Shown here: one piece after another, positions 1-13,427 of the stretch
How positions within the stretch are numbered: position 1 is the first letter of the stretch
Layout: each line of letters opens with the position of its first letter
Made by a program: the position numbers and the translations under genes
Assembly (NCBI RefSeq): GCF_006345805.1
Contig: NC_043003.1
Span: 66,464,001 to 66,528,000 of the forward strand
Length of the DNA: 64,000 bases
From: Octopus sinensis
Lineage: Eukaryota
Direction of reading: 5' to 3'
Notes under the pieces: model-generated
Databases searched by the model: none
The model's input: the letters and a program-made list of their open reading frames with translations, nothing else
What the model was told of the DNA's origin: nothing

Positions 1-130
1 GTGTGCGTGTTTATTTCAGAATGAAGCCACTGATATGCTAAATGGGTACCTCTGTACACACACACATATACACACAAACACACACACACATACATATATG
101 TATGCATGCACATATGTGTGCATATGGGTG

Positions 131-164
<34 letters not shown>

Positions 165-1748
165 AGTATATACATGTATATGCTTATATATAAGCACACA
201 CATGCGTACACACGCTCACACACACACACACATACACACATGCATACATGTATACATACATACATGCATACATACATACATGCATACATACATAAATATA
301 CAAGCACACTTAGCTATGTCTGCCTGTATGTATTAAGGAGGAGTATTAAAAAGTGACTAACTATAATGATGTTAATAATAATAATTTATATTGGCACCGG
401 GCCATCACTTTGGGAGAGAGAGAGAGAGAGAGGCGGGGAGCTGGTCGTTGAAACCGACCGGGGTGGATTACTTACCCTCAACAAATTCTGGTTCTCTCTC
501 CGCCTAAAAAACCGTTAAATACATTGAATTTCTACTTCGTTATTTTCTTCGTTTTCATGTAGAATTTTTCCTTATTTTTTGTTCTTTATTTCCTTTTTTT
601 TATTTTTGCTTCTTTGTTCGTGATTTGTTAATTAACATCTAGATGTTAATTAATTAGCTGTAAAATGCTGGTGTTTATGTAATTAGAATTATTCTTCACC
701 CTCTAAGGAGCAAGAGTAAAGTTTTTGTTTGGTGACATGCTAATACTGTGTACGTAATAGGATATAAAGAAATTAACGCGGGTATTTAATCCTTTATTTA
801 ACCAATCCTGCCATGCCCATCATTAATGGTAACAGGATAACAAATTTCGCGTGGTCGGGTAGTCGATACAATCGACTCCTCGACTTGATTATCTCCTTAC
901 CTTTATCCTTTACTTGTTTTAGTCTTTGGACTATGGCCACGCTGGAGCCTCACCTATACGGGTTTCGTCGAAAAAAATGAACAATAGTAGTTCTTTATGT
1001 TTGAAGCTTATTGTATAGGATCCTTTTGCTCTACCGCAGGTTTACGGAGACGTAAACAAACAGAGACTTATTTTCTAGCAGTGAATACGAACAACCACAA
1101 CCACACACAGAACAGACACACAAACATATATATATATGAATACATAAATGCATATACATACGTACACACATACATATTCATATAAATTTACACATACTCG
1201 TATATATATCAAAAGAATGTGTTCTAATACTATTCCACATATATAAGAACAGCCATACCAACAATCCAATATACCTCCATCATCAGCAACCTCACAGAAA
1301 TCATTATTGTTTCGACACCTGGGCAGTACCATTCAATCTGGCGGTGTCAACAGCACTAAAATTAGTGTCGTCTGGGAAGAAACATACTAGAAAAACCACA
1401 ACTTTCAAACAAATTTGTCCTGTGTACAACATTACCGGTAAATAAATTCAATAAATAAAGCTATTCCTAAATACGTAACTAATCAGCGTCCAGTCCATTA
1501 ATTCATACAAAAAATATTCCCTACTGTTTCCATAGCATAATATGAAAGTGAAACCTTAAGAACCTCATTTATTCAATCTAAATCAAAACAGGATTAAACA
1601 CTAACTTTAAAATTGAACTACAGCATACATACATACATACATACATACATACATACATACATGCATACATACATACATACATACGTATGTATATATATGT
1701 GTGTGTGTGTGTGAGTGCGCGCGTGTGTTGTGTGTGTGTGTGTATGTA

Positions 1749-2090
1749 AAGTAAAAAGTAAAAGAGTCAAAAGGAAGAATAAGTACGGTTAGGCAGTTTG
1801 TTAATCACTACAAATGTTTCGATACATACAGATCCTCGTATACACAGGATTTAAAGTTAAGTTTAAATTAAATTATGTAACGATTTACCTGTATAAGAAG
1901 ATCTATATGAATCTCCTCAGGTGATACTCATTTGGTGTCTTATACAGGAAAATCGTTACATAATTTAATTTAAGCTTAACTTTAAAGCTCTGTATATACG
2001 AGGATCTGTATATGTACCGAAACATTTGTAGCGATTAAAAAGCTGCCTAACCGTACTTACTCTACCTTTGACTCTTTTACTTTTACCTTA
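1749..2090. mobile_element. Fold-back PLE-type non-autonomous element (arms ~1749-1899 and ~1936-2090)
   Basis: The two ~150-bp arms are reverse complements (aagtacggttaggcag / ctgcctaaccgtactt). The element carries a hammerhead and is flanked by (TG)n and (TA)n. Confidence 0.7.
1804..1925 (-). ncRNA. Type I hammerhead ribozyme motif with long stem II
   Basis: Minus strand reads AUCAC-CUGAGGA-GAUUCAUAUAGAUC...GAUCUGUAUGUAUC-GAAAC-AUUU-GUA-GUGAU. Stem I is AUCAC/GUGAU, stem II is an imperfect helix of ~25 bp with an AU-rich loop, and the cleavage triplet is GUA. Confidence 0.8.
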
Positions 2091-2138
2091 TGTTTTCACA
2101 CATGAGAAATGCCTAACACTATATTATATATATATATC

Positions 2139-2169
<31 letters not shown>

Positions 2170-2504
2170 ATATATATATATATATATATATACATAATAT
2201 ATATATATATATATACTATATATATATATAATATATATACAAGTTTTCATCACTGGCTTGTGATTAACACACCTTGGGAACGGTTAACCACACGGAAACT
2301 CGAGTCCGTGTGTATTAGGTAAGGCTAGAGATGAGAGCAATGACCTCACCTCGCAAATACTAATTGGACACAGACTGTTTGTCGTTAATCAGCAGGAAGG
2401 GAACTATTCCGGGGTCAATAAACCTCAGTAGCACTGTCCTGTATAGGACGCCAGATTTGGTTGGCAATTATATGTTACGATTCCGAACTGCTTCTGTTTA
2501 CACA

Positions 2505-2541
<37 letters not shown>

Positions 2542-2628
2542 ATATATATACATACATAAATACATACATACATACATGCATACATATATATATGTATGCA
2601 TGTATATTTATATGCGTGTGTGTGTCTG

Positions 2629-2928
2629 AAGGCACGTGGTTTAGTGGTTAGGGTGTTTGGCTCACGATCGTAAGGTGATGAGTTCAATTCCCAGCGACAC
2701 ATTTTATCCTAGAGCGAGGCACTGTATTTCCACGTTGCTCCAATCCACTCAGCTAGCGAAGATGAGTTGTAGGTGTATTACAAAAAGGGCCAGTATCTCC
2801 ACGAGAACTACATTAAGGATACACGTGTCTGTGGAGTGCTCAGCCACTTGCACGTTAATTTCACGAGCAAGGTGATCCGTTCATCGGATCAACTGGAACC
2901 CTCTTGGTGGTAACCGACGGAGTGCCAG
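2629..2928 (+). mobile_element. tRNA-derived SINE, family D (other copies 26621-26915 +, ~45190-45500 -, 8160-8282 + 3' half, ~41900-42150 + diverged)
   Basis: A-box tggtttagtgg and B-box gagttcaattcc. The body (gagaactacattaagg...ccgacggagtgcca) is repeated elsewhere in the window. Confidence 0.8.
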
Positions 2929-3479
2929 TCTCTCTCTCTCTCCTCTCTCTCTCTATAATATATATATATATAATATATTATATAATATATATATACATAC
3001 ATATATTGTATTTATCTATGTATGTATGTATGTATATTTATATATATGGATGTATGTAAATGCATGTAGTTGACACGCTTCCACAAATTTTCCGTCTAAC
3101 AAATTTACTTTCAAGAAATTTGTAAGCATGGCGCTGTAGTAGGAGACACTTCGAAGTGAGACCAAAACCAGATGGTTGCAAAGCCAGCATTTTAACCCCG
3201 TCCTCAGTTTTTTTTACTTCATTTTATCGTCCATCGGGAGTGAGAGTCTCATCTGACAACGGACGAATCATTTATTTTTACCCTTTACATGTTTCGCGAT
3301 TAGGCTGCAACCATGGTGGGGCACCGCCTTGAAGAATTCTCGAACGAATCAACACCATTCCTTATTTTATCTGTAAGCTTGGTACTTATTCTATCGGCGT
3401 CTTTTACCGAACTACGAAGTTAAAGAGTGTAAACGCACCAACACCGGTTATCAAGCACCTAATGATAGTTCTTATCTTT

Positions 3480-3659
3480 TGGTGAAAGAATATTCAGGAG
3501 GATTACGATTTTATTCAAAATATTCCCCTCTCAGATTCGCACACATATTGCAGTGCTCCTTCACTCTTTCTGAGTACTGTTAAAGTACTCAGAAATTTGG
3601 GCCTACCACAAGGCCTTTCACGACACCCTTAAAGCTAGGAGCTTTTCAGCACACCCTCG
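3480..3659 (-). mobile_element. Mariner-type terminal fragment inserted in a SINE
   Basis: Minus strand reads TA-CGAGGGTGTGCTGAAAAG, a mariner-like TIR start with a TA target site. It splits a family A SINE (3280-3830). Confidence 0.5.
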
Positions 3660-4289
3660 TATATGACGGGTTTCTTTCTGTTTCCTTCTACCAAATCCAC
3701 TCACAAGGCTTTGATCTCCCCGAAGCCATAGTAGAAGACGCTTTCCCAAGGTACCAGACAGTAGGACTGAGTCCAGAGCCATGTGAATGGGAAGCAAGCT
3801 TCTTACCACACAGCCGTGCATGCGCCTATGGTCTCAAAACATAATGAAACAATACTTACACCCGGCGCTCTATCGAATCTGCCAATCTGTGTCTCTTTTA
3901 TCAATTGCTTCCGACATTATCACCATGTCTGACTTTTGGTAGAAAGTATTACTCAACTGAATTATTGTCCAAATATGTGAATGGAATTCCATTTTATTAT
4001 CCCGGAGGAATGACAAGTCGATCCTTAGTGAATCTTGAACTCGGAACTGAATAAATTCCGAAATGCATTTTGTCCAATGTTTAAACGAACCTGTTGAACC
4101 ATGAAATTTTTCGGGTGGGGGCTAACCTATTACATTAACCCCAGTACTTGACGGGTACATATTTTTATCGATCCCGAGAGGACAAGAGGCAAATTTGATC
4201 TCGGCGGTCTTTGGTATTAGGATGGGAAGCCGGATATGTTGTTAAAGATTTTCTCCGATGCGCTAACAATTCAGAGAATGAAGACAAAA

Positions 4290-4688
4290 GAAGAGCAGGA
4301 GAAGTGGGGAGATGGAGGAGGAGAAAGAAGAAGAGGAAGAAGAAGAGGGAGAAGAAGAAGAAGAAGAAGAAGAAGAAGGAGAAGAAGTAGAAGAAGAAGG
4401 AGAAGAAGAAGAAGAAGGAGAAGAAGTAGAAGAAGAAGAAGAAGGAGAAGTAGAAGGAGAAGAAGAAGAAGGAGAAGAAGTAGAAGAAGAAGTAGAAGAA
4501 GAAAAAGAAGAAGAAGTAGAAGAAAAGGTAGAAGTAGAAGAAGAAGGAGGAGGAGGAGAAGAAGTAGTAGTAGTAGAAGAAGAAGAAGAAGAAGAAGAAG
4601 AAGAAGAAGAAAAAGAAGAAGAAGAAGTAGAAGAAGAAGAAGAAGAAGAAGAAGAAGAAGAAGAAGAAGAAGAAGAAGAAGAAGAAGA
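4290..4688. repeat. Compound (GAA/GGA/GTA)n trinucleotide repeat
   Basis: Pure purine triplet array. The poly-R/E/L ORFs in the track are artefacts of it. Confidence 0.95.
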
Positions 4689-5764
4689 TACATTTTAACG
4701 ACCTCCATTTTGATAACCCACAAACTTGAAAGAACGAATAAATAATATCATAGAAAGCTGTGATTCATTAAGATTACGGTTTACCTTACTACGAATTTAT
4801 TTCATACATTTCTTTAAATATATATTGCTGTTGTTATTGTTGTTCATCGTTTCGCTATTACTCGTAGAGATTGATGGTTTTTAAAGATGTGAGTTGAGAA
4901 AAAACGTTAATCGTTTTTCCGAACTACAGGGATCCCTAGGTGCTTTGTTTATCTCAAATTTCCGCTGTTTTAAGCGAATACGAGATAAAACCCTCTATGA
5001 ATAAACCGCTCGTTTATCTCAGGTAGATTTTTTTTTCCCGCTAGAGGATTTGATCTCGACATTATAAGCCTCAAAATTAATGGTTTATCTTATGACACCC
5101 TCTCTGCTTATAGAAGTACTGAATTTCACGCCCTTGTTTTACATAATTAAAACTGGTATCTGGCTATGGACAAGCGTCTCTGATTTAAGAATATATCGAT
5201 GATATATTCCTTCTTTTGAAGTAATGAAAGAACTCGTATCTTCTTCCCTTCTTCCCGAGCCATCATCAAATTTTTGAGTTTCTGCAGAGAAAAGTCTTGA
5301 GTGTTCTTTCTTTTCTGACTAAGCCAACGAGCGGTCTTATACATTGTTCGTTGTTATACGAGAAACTCACAGAGTTTGCCCGGGGCTATAATAGAAGGCA
5401 CCTACGCAAGGTATCACACAGTGAGCACTGAACCTGGAACCTATGTAGCTGGGAAGCAAGCTTCTTCCCATCCACCCACACCTGCGCCTACTCTGGTACA
5501 GAGGATTTGCAATCTAGACTAGGATCTTTAATAGACGTGAGTTGAAGTTAGGATGTAGCTTCCATTTTGTAGTAAAGCACCTATTGTATATGGTGTTGTT
5601 TGCTTGTCAAAGATCTGACTGCTATTTCTAGCAGGTTGAACAACCAAATAGAAGCTCCCACATTAAATAGGACCTAATTAACCAGGTCTCCACGAGAGAC
5701 ACTTACCTAGGACTAATAAGGAAAACAGTCTACTATTACTGCTGCTGAAGCGACTACAGCTGCC

Positions 5765-5920
5765 TTCTTCTTCTTCTTCTTCTTCTTCTTCTTCTTCTTC
5801 TTCTTCTTCTTCTTCTTCTTCTTCTTCTTCTTCTTCTCCTCCTCCTCCTCCTCCTCCTCCTCCTTCTTCTTCTTCTTCTTCTTCTTCTTCTTCTTCTTCT
5901 TCTTCTTCTTCTTCTTCTTC
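5765..5920. repeat. (TTC)n-(CTC)n-(TTC)n repeat
   Basis: Read directly from the sequence. Confidence 0.95.
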
Positions 5921-5959
5921 CAATCAGGACTCACGCAATTAGCCACAAAGAATAATCTC

Positions 5960-6396
5960 CAATTCGAGCCTACTCTAAGCTACTAAGAATGCGTGTGGCA
6001 ACTTGAAGATCCACCCACCACACGCGATAGACAGGCGGTTGCACGGGCGCGAAAGCTACGTTGTTATCCTCATTCCGTAAATGGTGGCTTTTAACGGGTG
6101 GAGAGCTGAACCATCCTGTGGTACAGAGGATTTGCAATCTAGACTAGGGTCTGGAAGTTTACCACACCATAGTGGATTACACCATGGTTCTTCTGCTTTG
6201 TGGCAGAAGTAGGAAGAAAGAGTAAGAGAAAGTTGTGGTGAAAGAGTACAGCGGGGATCACCCCCACCCGCCGGAGCCGCGTCGAGCTTAGGTGTTTTTG
6301 CTCAATAAACACTCACAATGCCCGGTCTCGGAATCGAAACCACGGTCTTACGACCACGAGTCCGCTGCTCTCATCACCGGGCCATTGCGCCTCCAC
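5960..6396 (-). mobile_element. tRNA-derived SINE, family E
   Basis: Minus strand begins gtggaggcgcaatggcccggtgatgagagcagcggactc...ggtttcgattccgagacc, a tRNA-like head with A and B boxes. The 3' boundary is approximate. Confidence 0.6.
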
Positions 6397-6803
6397 GCTG
6401 CTGTTGCTACTGCTCCTTCGGCTAATTGTGCTACTGCTGCTACTGTTACTGTTGTTGCTGCCCTGTTTATTTCCGAGGCAATTCCTTTCAAATCTATTCC
6501 CACTGTAACCATCCTATCGGTTTTAGCTGTCTTTACTGACGCTGACCAGGGCCATTCTCGCGTGACGTGCGTGACAGTCAGTCAGAGATACAAACTTATG
6601 AAATTTCTAAGATGCACATCGTCAACGTTTACAAGAATTCAATCGGATCATTTTTTACAGTAAAGTTTAACTACTCAGGCAAGTATTAAACAAAAAAATA
6701 TTTTATCTAGATAGATGCAAAAAGTGTGATGCACGTGACATCGCACAATACAAATTATTTTCACCTGAAAGTTTTAAATGTTAATTTGTCTGAATTTCTT
6801 CAG

Positions 6804-7140
6804 GTAGGCGCAGGTGTGGGTGGATGGGAAGAAGCTTGCTTCCCAGCTACATAGGTTCCAGGTTTTGTGCTCACTGTGTGATACCTTGCGTAGGTGCCTT
6901 CTACTATAGCCCCGGGCAAACAGAAGACTTGTGAGTGGATTTGGAAGACGGAAACTTAAAGTACACCGTCGTATATGTATGTATATGTGTGTATGCGTGT
7001 GTGTGCATATGTGTGTATGCGTGTGTGTGCATATGTGTGTATGTGTGTGTATTTGTATCTATATGTGTGTCTTTGTGGTTGTGTTTTTTCCTCCACCAGG
7101 GCTTCACAACCGGTGTTGGTGTGCTTGCGTCCCTGTGACA
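6804..7140 (+). mobile_element. tRNA-derived SINE, family A (head...(TG)n...)
   Basis: Head gtaggcgcaggtgtg...aagcttgcttccca...ggttccagg, core gtggatttgg(t)agacggaaact and an internal microsatellite. More than 15 related pieces occur in the window. Confidence 0.85.
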
Positions 7141-7659
7141 TCGCGGTTCCGTAATAGAAAGTGTAGTAGAAGACCCTCTCCCAAGGTGCCGCAGAGTGGG
7201 ACTGAATCCGTGACCACATGACTGAAAGACAAATATCTTAGCCACACAGTCATACTTGTGCCTTATGCAAAGAAAACAAATGGGAAGATACGCAAGGGTA
7301 TTATGTTTTCGGTCAAAGGTTACAAGTAAAAACAAAAAAGAAAAAAAAAAGGGGGAACAGAAGCGAGAATGCAAATCAACAATTAAAACAAACATTCAGT
7401 TCTTTTCGCGTTTTCTATCTTCCATTGATGTTTATTTCTAATTTGAAATGGTTTCTTAGAAGTTGTGTTTCTTTTTAATTTGTACCGAGTTCCTATTTCA
7501 CATTTTTAGAATCTTTGCTGTTTAAGTAATGTGATGTACCTAATTTCGGTTCATTGTAAGCTGAAGTCATAACTAACTTGAAAATAACTCATTTGATCGG
7601 AGAGAGCACAAGCACACACAACCGTGTTCATATACAAACAGATACTCAACAATCTACCG

Positions 7660-8155
<496 letters not shown>

Positions 8156-8963
8156 TTGCATGTTGGATCTTCCTGAGAACTACGTTAAGGGTATGAGTGT
8201 CTTTGGAGTGCTCAGCCGCTTGCACAGTAATTTCATGAGCAGGCTGTTCGGATCAACTGAAACACTTGCCGACGGACTGCTAGTTTTCAATGATAATTGA
8301 TAATAAAAATATGGTTTAGATAGAATAATGTTGACATGTTCGACGCAAAGTTTGGCCCAGGCTATATCTAACATCATAGCACCACTAAATAAGATCTGTT
8401 AAGATATTTTTGAGAGACGTTTTTGGAGGATCGTGGCCCATTCAAGCCAGAGTTGCACCACTGAAGACGGAGTGAAATACGTGAGATTTGGGTGGTTTAT
8501 CTAGTATACCTCGAAGAAATTTGTCCCGGTTTTCTTTAGAAGTGATGGGATCTTTTCTTCCTGAATTGCTTTGGGATATTGTTAAATAGAGAGAGTCATA
8601 CTCATATACACTAACACACACACAGAAAAGGAAAAATATTAAAAAAACAAACGAAAAACGAAATAGTTATAATTACTTTGCATTCTATGAATCGTTGCAA
8701 AACTAAACTCAACTCAATTTCCTTTTGAATACAGTGAAAGGTAAAAATGAATATAAACAAAGTGCAATAATATCTACAATACTAACAGATAGAAAATATA
8801 AGAAGCGGAAACAACAACAACAGGCGGAGCGAGAAAGCGAATGCGGTTTATTAGGAACAAAGAGCAAATTCAAAAATGAAGACATAATTATGCATATATG
8901 TGTGTATATGAGTATGTGTGTGTGCTTGTGTGTGTGTGTGTATATACTTATATTTATATATGC

Positions 8964-8994
<31 letters not shown>

Positions 8995-9022
8995 TCTTCA
9001 TATACATACATATATATATGCA

Positions 9023-9058
<36 letters not shown>

Positions 9059-9310
9059 TGTATGTATGTATGCATGTATGTAAATGCGTACACATACATA
9101 ACGTATATTAGATATATCTATATACATATGCTTATATACATATATATGTATATATGTATATATGTATATATATGTATATGTATATTTATGTATATATACA
9201 TATATGTATATATATATTATATATATATATATATGTATATGTATATATATGTATATATGTATATGTATATTATATATATATATATATATCTGTATATATG
9301 CATATATATA

Positions 9311-9394
<84 letters not shown>

Positions 9395-9474
9395 ATATAT
9401 ATAAAATATATAGAATAACGTTAAAGCAACGACAATAATGCCAGCAATATTTTCATTTTGTGTTTTTGTTTCAG

Positions 9475-9548
9475 TTTCAAAAGAAAGCCATTGATGGAGA
9501 GATTCCAAGAGGAGGACAAAGGCGAAAATTCAGAGAAAGCGGAAGAAG
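9475..9548 (+). CDS. Candidate internal exon of an unidentified gene (74 nt)
   Basis: Strong acceptor ttttgtgtttttgtttcag and donor AAG|gtgaga. Two frames are open (FQKKAIDGEIPRGGQRRKFRESGR or FKRKPLMERFQEEDKGENSEKAEE). No homology recognised. Confidence 0.35.
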
Positions 9549-9583
9549 GTGAGACAAAGAGAGTGTGAGATAGATCGAGTGAG

Positions 9584-9616
<33 letters not shown>

Positions 9617-10087
9617 AGTGAGTGAAAAAGAGAATTTGTTGCTAACAACTAATTTACGAGAAATACATAACCGAGTAAATAAATATACGAAGAACGAAAG
9701 AAACTAGGAAACATAGAGAAAGAAAGAATTAAAGACGAAAGAAGAAAATCAAAGAAAAACAAAGAAAAAAAGAGAAAATGAAAAACGGAAAGAAATGAAA
9801 GAAGGAAAGAAATGAAGAGGGTTCTTTAGAAGGAGTGAAATAGCGGCAAAAACACAATTAAGCAAAGAATCTTCTTTTATGAACGAGACCACGTGATGTT
9901 TGTTTCAACTTTCTTCTCACATTCACCATCTTTATTTTATACTTTTCTAATTACACCCCATTTCATGCTTTATGAAACACTCCCTAATACTCTCTTCTCT
10001 CTCTCTCACTCTCTCCCTCTCATTATCTATCTGTCTATCTATTTATCTATCTATCGATCTATCTATATATAAATGTTTGTCAATGTG

Positions 10088-10124
<37 letters not shown>

Positions 10125-10268
10125 ATCTATCTATATATATATATATCCATCCATATCTCTCTCCCTCTCTCTCTATATATATACATATATATAGAGAGAG
10201 AGAGATAGATAGATAGATATACATAAATATACAGGCCAATATATCTACCTGTCTATATATCTATCCAT

Positions 10269-10346
<78 letters not shown>

Positions 10347-10886
10347 ATATTTTCGCACTGTTTCACTCAAATACTTTCAAATTTTCACACTTCCTATGTC
10401 ATTATCCACCACCTCTCTCTCCCTCTCTTTCTCTCTCACTCGTTCCCTCATCACCACCCACACTCTCCTTTTCGTTTTCACACTTTCTCTCCTCTTTCTA
10501 CTTCACAATCTTGCTTCCTTCATCCTTCCTTTCCTTCCTTCCTCTGTGCACGGTTCATCGCTACGTAAAGACAATGTCGGATAATCGCAGAAAAATGTTA
10601 ATAGAACTGAGCATTAGGGGTTGAATGTCACAAGAAGACAAACACACACACACACAAAGCACGTGCACGCGCACATACACACACGCTCACACACATACAC
10701 ACACAATCAAACAAATAAATATTCGTATGAATATATTATTACATTATATATCCACACACGTATAGACGCAGGCAAAACATATGAATATATATACATGTAT
10801 ATAATATATATATATATTATATATATATAATATATATATCTATATATATATATATATAGATATATATATTATATATATTATATATA

Positions 10887-10918
<32 letters not shown>

Positions 10919-11207
10919 TAATTTATAAAAATATAAAAAAATTTTATTTTATAAATTAATACTTATTACCGTAAATATACGTAAATGGTCTTTACATACC
11001 GATACTGCTTGGTCGAATTTATTAACAATTAATTAATTCTACCCCCTTTTTGATGACAATATATATATATATATATATTATATAGATATATATATATATA
11101 TATATATCTATATATAATAAATACACGTATACAACCACAGACGTACACGAGTGTGTGAAAGGGTCTATGCGTGTCATTGATCATCTACGAATTCCGATGT
11201 AAACATA

Positions 11208-11248
<41 letters not shown>

Positions 11249-11265
11249 TTATATATATATATATA

Positions 11266-11300
<35 letters not shown>

Positions 11301-11390
11301 TAGGGAGAATTCACAAAAAATACAATGACGAAGTCAGGCGGTGTAGACAAGAAACAGATGTATTAGCATAACGCTCGGGAAGTGAAAATG

Positions 11391-11428
11391 TTTTTAACGT
11401 TTCGAGCCTACGCTCTTCCACAGAAAGG
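11391..11428 (-). ncRNA. Minimal hammerhead-like motif with CUGUGGA core variant
   Basis: Minus strand reads UUU-CUGUGGA-A-GAGC-GUAG-GCUC-GAAAC-GUU-AAA. A related copy lies at 52864-52900. Confidence 0.6.
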
Positions 11429-11490
11429 ACCACTGAAAGAAACAAGGAGAGAAAAATGTGTAGTGGGTGGCGATCTATATTCATAAAAAC

Positions 11491-11775
11491 AGTGTACATT
11501 TAAGCACATAAGGGGTATCCTTCATAGGATTCCTTTAATCCTTCATAGGATTCCTAAAAGGAACAGTTAAATTCAAAACCACAATTAGGGAAAAAAATAC
11601 TCGAAGGGAATGAAAAGCAAAAACATTTACCATCTATCTCCTGGATGGTAAAAATTTTTATTTTTCATTCCTTCGAGTTTTTTAAAATCCCTAATAGTGG
11701 TTTGGACTTTAGCTGTTACTTCTAGCGTGAAAGGATTCCTGTGAAGGATACCTATTGTGTGTTTAAATGTACACT
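11491..11775. repeat. Imperfect palindrome (fold-back) linked to the hammerhead element
   Basis: Arms begin agtgtacatttaa and end ttaaatgtacact, centred on ttaccatc-tatctcctg-gatggtaa. It has the same termini as 52921-53125. Confidence 0.8.
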
Positions 11776-11825
11776 ATATTTATAGGAATTTATATATAGA
11801 CCACATATAGCCTGATATTATTAAT

Positions 11826-11861
<36 letters not shown>

Positions 11862-11863
11862 AT

Positions 11864-11894
<31 letters not shown>

Positions 11895-12198
11895 GTATGT
11901 ATTATGTATGTTGTATGTATGTATTTTTATGTGTGTATGTATGTAGATATGTATATTATCTATATCTATATATGGTATATATAAAGATATATATATATAT
12001 ATATATGCACAATTAAAATATTTATTACTTCTAACCTTACAGCACTTAGGAACAGCCATATCTTAGCCAGTCAGTGGAGGACTTACACCTACCTCATAGT
12101 TCTTAAAATTTAAATCCACATCTTTGTCTGTATATCTACCTTCTCTATAATGTTGCCACTTTAATTGAACATTTGTATTTTAATGGAAAACCTCTATA

Positions 12199-12286
12199 AT
12201 TGGCTGATGAGTACTCAGCATCTTAAATCTTTTGTAATACTTACAACATTTAATAAAATAATGTAGTACGAAACGATTGTACCAAA
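12199..12286 (+). ncRNA. Type I hammerhead ribozyme motif, extended stem II
   Basis: UUGG-CUGAUGA-GUACU...(~50 nt)...AGUAC-GAAAC-GAUU-GUA-CCAA. All core nucleotides are present, with (TA)n ~30 nt downstream. Confidence 0.8.
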
Positions 12287-12318
12287 CTACCGGAGTCATT
12301 CTCGTTGCTTATTTTGAT

Positions 12319-12350
<32 letters not shown>

Positions 12351-12715
12351 CAGACTTACGTACTTAAACACAATTTCCAAGCATCATTCTGTCAACGCCT
12401 ATACGCTGCACGCATATATATATATATGCAAACGTAGACATTTTGCTTCTAAACTTTTGGACCATGTGTGTCTAGGTGTGTACGTGTGTGCGTAAGCGTG
12501 TGTGTGTCTATGTGTGTGTATGTGTGGGTTTGCACATATGTGTGTATGTGTGTGAGTGTTTTCTGTGCGCGTGTTCATGTTTGCGTCTACATGTGTGTAC
12601 CTGTGTGAGTATGCGTGTATTTCTCTGTATGTATGTTCATATTTGTGTTTATATGTGTGTATATATTTAATATAATAAAATATATATATATATATTATAT
12701 ATCTATTATATATAT

Positions 12716-12747
<32 letters not shown>

Positions 12748-12818
12748 ACTGGGTATACGTGGATGTGCATGTGTGTCGTCCAGTCGTTCAATGTGTTCAT
12801 GTTGGAATCTATACGTAC

Positions 12819-12859
<41 letters not shown>

Positions 12860-13227
12860 TATATACATATGTATATATATTAAGTATGTATATATATGAA
12901 GTATGTTTATGGGTGTGTGTGGTCTGAATGTGTTCATATGTGTATTTCTATTTGGGTGTTCGCGTTTGGAATTCTACATGTGTGTGGGTATGTGTGCATG
13001 TGTTTGTGCGTGTGTGTGTGTGCGTATATGTAGGTGAGTGTATTTAGACACACTCACATTTTCAAATACGCACTCACTCATACACTCACACACACACAAA
13101 CACACATATATGGACACACAGCCATGCAGATCTTTAACACATGTATTAAAATATGTTACAGATAACCGAAAACGTTCTGTAATACAGAAATTTATAAACA
13201 TATATATATATATGTATATGTATGTAG

Positions 13228-13273
<46 letters not shown>

Positions 13274-13285
13274 TGCGTGTATGTA

Positions 13286-13317
<32 letters not shown>

Positions 13318-13396
13318 TATTATTTTATATATATTATATATATATTATATATATATATATATATAGATATATATATATATATATTATATATATATA

Positions 13397-13427
<31 letters not shown>

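Noticed and set aside
5678-5923. Poly-E ORF with a strong minus-strand donor (ag|gtaagt near 5705)
   Set aside because: The frame is made of triplet repeat and no convincing acceptor was found.
8455-8495. CTGAAGA possible hammerhead start
   Set aside because: No stem II partner or GAAA-NUH downstream.
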